Shown one piece after another: positions 59,513 to 64,000 of a stretch of DNA of 64,000 bases; position 1 is the first letter of the stretch, and every line of letters begins with the position of its first letter. The position numbers and the translations under genes were made by a program. Below the pieces are notes generated by a model that was given only the letters and a program-made list of their open reading frames with translations, searched no databases and was not told the DNA's origin. Source of the stretch: Myxococcota bacterium (GTDB lineage: Bacteria > Myxococcota_A > Polyangia > Nannocystales > Nannocystaceae); assembly GCA_039194325.1 (NCBI GenBank), contig JBCCWC010000003.1:128001-192000 (forward strand), in the 5' to 3' direction.

Positions 59513-59618
59513 GGTGGGGAGTGTCGCGCACGCCGACCCAGCTGCCCATGGCGGGTCTTGATGGCACAGCGCGCGGTCGCGGAGCGATGTTTTCGTCGGT
59601 GCTCGGGCGCACCCCGGG

Positions 59619-60107
59619 TCAGGCGAACATCGCGTCGAGCTCGGTCGCGACGGCCTTCTCGTCCTGACCCTTGGCCAGCGCGAGCTCCTGCACCAGCAGC
59701 GAACGCGCCGTGTCGAGCATCTTGCGCTCACCGAAACTCAGCTCCTTGTCGGAGCGGAGGATGCATAGGTCGCGGAGCACCGAGGCGATCTCGACCAGCG
59801 ACCCGGTCTTGATCTTCTCCATGTACTCGCGGTACCGACGGTTCCAGGTGGCGGTGGAGATCTTGGCGCCGCGGTGCTTGAGCACGGTATACACGCGCTC
59901 GACCTCCGCCTCGTCGACCAGCATGCGCAAGCCCACGGACTTGGCATTGTGCTTGGGCACCATGACCTTCATGTTGTTCTCGAGCACGCTGAGCACGTAG
60001 AACTCGAGCTTGGCGCCGGAGATCTCTCGGGCCTCCAGACCGGTGATCTCGGCCACGCCGTGACCCGGATAGACCACCTTGTCGCCTACGCTGAACGTCT
60101 GAGCCAT
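59619..60107 (-). CDS. cdnL: CarD-family RNAP-binding regulator, stand-alone CdnL type
   Basis: GDKVVYPGHGV, TWNRRYREYMEKIKTG, LSFGERKMLDTAR; 162 aa with no HMGA/H1 tail. Confidence 0.9.
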   Translation of the reverse strand: MAQTFSVGDKVVYPGHGVAEITGLEAREISGAKLEFYVLSVLENNMKVMVPKHNAKSVGLRMLVDEAEVERVYTVLKHRGAKISTATWNRRYREYMEKIKTGSLVEIASVLRDLCILRSDKELSFGERKMLDTARSLLVQELALAKGQDEKAVATELDAMFA

Positions 60108-60199
60108 GGCTCTTGCTCCTGAGCGTCGCTCGTCAGTTGGCTCGCAAAGCGAGCAAAGCTAGGGTGAACGGGCACACCGCGGGCAACGTAGGAGGCGTA

Positions 60200-60228
60200 T
60201 AGTTAGCAATGGAGTCACCAAAGGTCAA
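60200..60228 (-). promoter_or_regulatory. Candidate sigma70 promoter for cdnL
   Basis: TTGACC-N17-TAACTA on the minus strand, TG before the -10. Confidence 0.4.
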
Positions 60229-60503
60229 GAAAATGCCTGAACGACGTTTATAGGGTGAGCAGGGGCGCTTTTGCCGCATTCGACGAGGAGCCAACAGGGG
60301 CAGGTGTGTCGAAAACGACGCGTGAAACGGTCGTGAGAGGCCAAGCGGAGCGGTGCTCGTTGTCAGAGGTTCCCGCAGGGTTTGCTGGGCCGGTCCTGGG
60401 CAGCGGCGATGGTGACGCCGCCCCGGCGGACCGAGGTGCAATCATTTTAGCGCGATCGTGACGGAAGGCGAACCCAGGGGGTGTGCCGTATGATTGGCGA
60501 CCG

Positions 60504-61019
60504 ATGATCACGGCCTCTGCGAACGGTCGGTTCCGGCTGGCTCATCGTTCAGGGCTCGCGGCGTCGCTGCTGGCTGTGACGATGTTTGCCGGTTGTGCCA
60601 CTAGCCCCGATCGTCTCCCCGAGCTCGACCGACGTTTCTACTACAACCTCCCCACCGGCGAGGATCAGCAAGCATTCCTCCAGCTCAAGGCCGGCGAGCG
60701 TCAGGCCTTCCTCGAGCGCAAGGGTCTGTGGGGCAAGTGGCAAGGGCTTCCGCTCGTCGAGCGCGAAGCGGTCAGCCGCGGTGAGATCGACCTGGGCTTT
60801 CACGAGTTCGCGGTGTTCATGGCTTGGGGACCACCCGCCGACACCCAGGACCGCGACGCCAACGGTCGACCGCTGCAGCTGCACACCTTCATCCGCTGCT
60901 CCAGCGGCCCCAAGCGCGGCCGCTACGTGCGGAGCAACCTCGATTGCGATGGCACCTCCAGCGAGACCCAGGTGTCGATCGACCAGGGTCTCGTCATCGA
61001 GATCGTGTACCCGAATTGA
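60504..61019 (+). CDS. Hypothetical lipoprotein
   Basis: Lipobox FAGC; MAWGPP motif; host codon bias. Confidence 0.72.
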   Translation: MITASANGRFRLAHRSGLAASLLAVTMFAGCATSPDRLPELDRRFYYNLPTGEDQQAFLQLKAGERQAFLERKGLWGKWQGLPLVEREAVSRGEIDLGFHEFAVFMAWGPPADTQDRDANGRPLQLHTFIRCSSGPKRGRYVRSNLDCDGTSSETQVSIDQGLVIEIVYPN

Positions 61020-61060
61020 TCAAAGGAGATTCGTCTCCGACGAATCTCCCTCCGCCGATC

Positions 61061-62566
61061 TCAGCTGTCGCCGGTTTGGATCTCGCCGCTCAGTAGCTCG
61101 AGGATCGTGGCGACGGGCACCCCGGTGCCGCCGGGGGTGGTCACCCCGTAGGCCTTGCTGGCGATGGCTGGGCCCGCGATGTCCACGTGCATCCAGCGGA
61201 CCCCCTCGTTGAACTCGCTCAAGAACAAGCCCGCGGTGAGGGCTCCGCCCCAGCGCTCGCCGGTGTTGCGCATGTCGGCGATCTTGCTCTTGAGCTGCTC
61301 CTTGAGGTTGCCGGGCAGAGGCAACCTCCACATGGTCTCGCCGCTGCGCTCGGCCGCGGCCATCCAGTCGCCCAGCAGCCGCTCGTCGTGGGTCATCACG
61401 CCGGCGATGCGGGGGCCCAGGGCCACGATGCAGGCCCCGGTGAGCGTGGCAAAGTCGATCATCAGCTCGGGCTCGAGCTTGGAGGCGTACACCATCGCGT
61501 CGGCCATGGTCAGGCGACCCTCCGCGTCGGTGTTGTTGATCTCCACCGTCTTGCCATTCGAGGCGGTCAGCACGTCACCCAGCTTGTAGGCCTTGCCGCT
61601 CACCAGGTTCTCGGCCGCGGCCACGATGCTGTGCACCTCGTACTCCACCCCGAGGCGAACCGCCCCCTCGAACGCAGAGATCACCGCCGCCGAGCCGCCC
61701 ATGTCGAGCTTCATGTCGAGCATGCCGTCGGTCGGCTTGAGCGAGTAACCGCCCGAGTCGAAGGTCACCCCCTTGCCGATCAGACAGATCCGCGGGGCCT
61801 TCGCGACGCTCTTGGGACGATAGGTGAGGTGGATGAACTTGGGTGGCTCGTCGCTGCCTTGGGCCACGCCCAGGTAGCAACCCATGCCCCGCTGCTCGCA
61901 CTGCTCTTGGTCGAGCACCGTCAGCTCCACGTCGTGTCCCTCGCCCTTGAGCGCGTTGACCACGTCCGTGGCGGTTTGGGCGAGGAACGACGGGGTGACC
62001 AGGCCGGGCGGACCGTTGCCCAGGTCCCGAGCGCGGGCCACCGATGCGGCGACGATCTGCCCCCGCATCGATCCCTCAGCGGGCGCAGCCGAGCGGCCCC
62101 ATGCGCTCACCCGCTGGAGGCTCTTGGGGGTGCTCTCGTTGAGGAAGCGATCGTAGGAATACGTGCCCAGCTCCAAACCTTGAGCCACCAAATTGCCGAC
62201 CTGAGCGGCATCATCACCCTCGGCTGGCAGGCCGTCGCCTCCATGAAGGTCGAGGACCAAGTGAGAGGCTCCCACGCGCTGGGTCTCGCGGGCAGCGTCA
62301 TGCGCCAGCTGGCGTAGCGCCGCGGGATCGGTGAGCTGAGTGGTGCCCAGAAGCATCACGTGCTGCAGCGTTCCTTCGATCTGCCGCGTGAACGTGAAGC
62401 TCTCGCTCGGCTTACCCGTGAAGGGCGCCTGCCCGACCGCATCGCGGACCGCGGCGCCAAATCGCTGTGCGATGGTCTCGGGGTCGTGGCCCTCACGCAA
62501 CGGCACAGCCAACAGCTGTCCGGCTGCGACCACCGGCTCCTCCGTCGTCCAGTCGATATCGAGCAT
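61061..62566 (-). CDS. pepA: Leucyl aminopeptidase (M17)
   Basis: GKGVTFDSGG, MKLDMGG, NTDAEGRL, ATLTGA, HVDIAG. Confidence 0.95.
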   Translation of the reverse strand: MLDIDWTTEEPVVAAGQLLAVPLREGHDPETIAQRFGAAVRDAVGQAPFTGKPSESFTFTRQIEGTLQHVMLLGTTQLTDPAALRQLAHDAARETQRVGASHLVLDLHGGDGLPAEGDDAAQVGNLVAQGLELGTYSYDRFLNESTPKSLQRVSAWGRSAAPAEGSMRGQIVAASVARARDLGNGPPGLVTPSFLAQTATDVVNALKGEGHDVELTVLDQEQCEQRGMGCYLGVAQGSDEPPKFIHLTYRPKSVAKAPRICLIGKGVTFDSGGYSLKPTDGMLDMKLDMGGSAAVISAFEGAVRLGVEYEVHSIVAAAENLVSGKAYKLGDVLTASNGKTVEINNTDAEGRLTMADAMVYASKLEPELMIDFATLTGACIVALGPRIAGVMTHDERLLGDWMAAAERSGETMWRLPLPGNLKEQLKSKIADMRNTGERWGGALTAGLFLSEFNEGVRWMHVDIAGPAIASKAYGVTTPGGTGVPVATILELLSGEIQTGDS

Positions 62567-62905
62567 TCCGTAGTCTTCCTTCGTGTTTTTTCACGGCGGC
62601 CGCAGTGCGCTTGACACGCTGCACCGTTCCCGCCCCAACTGCGGCGGGGTTTATCGCACAGCCGTGGCCCCTCCGCCCAGCGCGCAGCGGCAGCCGCGAA
62701 AGACGCCTTCGAGGTGTGCGGCTCGCCCGCATTTCACAGCGCGGAAGCGCCCGGTCGAAAATGATAGATTGTTGAAATTATTGATATTTACTGGGCTCGA
62801 CGGGGTGAGGTGTCAGTCATGGATAACTAGGCATCATGATCATGTACCTTGCCTAAAAGATCATTCACCTTCGCGTAATTGCGTGCCAATGATGCTTAAT
62901 TGTTA

Positions 62906-62934
62906 TTGACACGCGCTGATCGCGACCGTAAGGT
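62906..62934 (+). promoter_or_regulatory. Near-consensus sigma70 promoter for the histone H1-like gene
   Basis: TTGACA (62906-62911)-N17-TAAGGT (62929-62934) preceded by an AT-rich tract. Confidence 0.7.
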
Positions 62935-62973
62935 CCGACCTACCGTTGCCCCTTGAAGGAGGGTCCACTCACG

Positions 62974-63384
62974 ATGCTCGACGCTGATACCGCTCAGGCG
63001 CCCGCGCAGGCCGCGAAGCCGCGTCGCAAGGCTGCCAAGAAGAAAACCAAGAAGAAGGTCGCCAAGAAGAAGGTCGCCAAGAAGAAGGTGACCAAGAAGA
63101 AGGCGGCCAAGAAGAAGGTCGCCAAGAAGAAGGTCGCCAAGAAGAAGGTCGCCAAGAAGAAGGCGGCCAAGAAGAAGGTCGCCAAGAAGAAGGCGGCCAA
63201 GAAGAAGACGGCCAAGAAGAAGGCGGCCAAGAAGAAGACGGCCAAGAAGAAGGTCGCCAAGAAGAAGGCGGCCAAGAAGAAGACGGCCAAGAAGAAGGTC
63301 GCCAAGAAGAAGGTCGCCAAGAAGAAGGCCACCAAGAAGAAGGCCACCAAGAAGAAGGCCACCAAGCGCAAGACCAAGAAGTAG
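62974..63384 (+). CDS. Histone H1-like Lys/Ala-rich nucleoid protein
   Basis: About 22 (A/T)KKK(V/A/T) pentapeptide units; AAGGAGG RBS; promoter upstream. Confidence 0.85.
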   Translation: MLDADTAQAPAQAAKPRRKAAKKKTKKKVAKKKVAKKKVTKKKAAKKKVAKKKVAKKKVAKKKAAKKKVAKKKAAKKKTAKKKAAKKKTAKKKVAKKKAAKKKTAKKKVAKKKVAKKKATKKKATKKKATKRKTKK

Positions 63385-63501
63385 CACCTGCTTCTCCCAA
63401 GCTTGCGAACGCTTCGCCGTCGCGGCCTCGGGCCACGGCGGCGTTGCTACGTCTGGCTCGACGACAACACGGGCTGGATCGTCAGTGGCGGTGCACGGTT
63501 C

Positions 63502-63598
63502 AGCGCACGGTGATAATAAGAGTGGAGGCGCGAGCGCGTCGGGCAAGCGCACGGTGATAAGAGTGGAGGCGCGAGCGCGTCGGGCAAGCGCACGGTGA
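63502..63598. repeat. 41-44-bp tandem duplication between convergent genes
   Basis: AGCGCACGGTGATAA(TAA)GAGTGGAGGCGCGAGCGCGTCGGGCA twice plus partial third copy. Confidence 0.9.
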
Positions 63599-63628
63599 CC
63601 GCGGTAAGCGAGGCAAACATGCCCCGAG

Positions 63629-64000
63629 TCAGAGCTCGAGTGCGTCGGCAAATGTAGCCAGGTTGTTGCGCGCTCGGGCTCCACTGAACACGATGGCCGG
63701 GTCGGCGGCCACCTCGGCGTGATCGAGCAGCTCGTCGATCATGCCCCCGTGGATCGTCCCCTCGCGAGGAATGTCCACGCGAAGCCAGGCCCCGGGCGCT
63801 GCGAGGCCGTTGCCTTGCTCGTTGCGCAGCGGTCGACCGCCCGCAAACGCGGGCAGCATGACCGTGATGCCGACCTCGCGGGCGAGGGCCGCAGCCACCG
63901 GTGCTTCCCACAGGCCCTCGGGCTCCCACACCAGGTCGATCCCCTCGGCGCGCCGGACCTCGGCAAAAGCGCGGATGCGTGCGCGACCCAGAGCGCCCGG
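63629..64000 (-). CDS. 3' part of a probable DUF72-family protein (5' end outside window)
   Basis: Frame open to window edge; LVWEPEGLW resembles the DUF72 WEPRG.W motif. Confidence 0.5.
   Translation of the reverse strand, partial: PGALGRARIRAFAEVRRAEGIDLVWEPEGLWEAPVAAALAREVGITVMLPAFAGGRPLRNEQGNGLAAPGAWLRVDIPREGTIHGGMIDELLDHAEVAADPAIVFSGARARNNLATFADALEL

Noticed and set aside
59619..60107. Myxococcus-type CarD carotenogenesis regulator
   Set aside because: Lacks the HMGA/H1-like C-terminal domain and no carG follows; matches stand-alone CdnL
60130..60480. Possible ncRNA/riboswitch between cdnL and the lipoprotein gene
   Set aside because: No recognisable family motif or convincing conserved structure; divergent promoters suffice
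62755..62905. AT-rich tract as oriC or att site
   Set aside because: No DnaA boxes (TTATCCACA) seen and no integrase or tRNA nearby; explained as a divergent promoter region
62896..63684. Antisense ORFs with LLLGD/FFLAT/SSWRP repeats as pentapeptide or membrane proteins
   Set aside because: Shadows of the Lys-rich repeat; the + strand has promoter, RBS and host codon bias

Overview
GC-rich myxobacterial chromosome segment. The Nannocystaceae-like assignment is inferred from ECF/Ser-Thr kinase-TPR pairs, a MYXO-CTERM protein, DUF1592/DUF1552 and Cys-rich lipoproteins. The window starts in the replication gene block (3' dnaN, recF, gyrB) and ends with cdnL (CarD-like), pepA and a histone H1-like gene. 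Between these lie four Hanks-type kinases, an ECF sigma factor, a two-component pair, trmB, a dynamin-like gene, many secreted or lipoprotein genes, and several visibly lower-GC, partly decayed defence-like cassettes (three ABC/AAA ATPases, a frameshifted Mad4-like gene, a truncated DUF3226 gene, an AlbA-deleted HATPase gene). No rRNA, tRNA, CRISPR array, integrase or transposase was recognised. Best leads: (1) an outer-membrane porin and an inner-membrane polyferredoxin 35 kb apart share the same unusual PPMPx(I/V)ExI/LxP repeats followed by GGxFFDP, suggesting a dispersed trans-envelope metal/redox system with DUF3347, an atypical FMN-binding protein and a CxxCH MYXO-CTERM protein; (2) an orphan small R-S-ExE ADP-ribosyltransferase-like gene; (3) a tandem intergenic hairpin with compensatory base changes; (4) an FHA-Spo0M (arrestin-fold) fusion; (5) a recurring leaderless-promoter pattern. 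All family assignments are by motif recognition only; no database searches were run.
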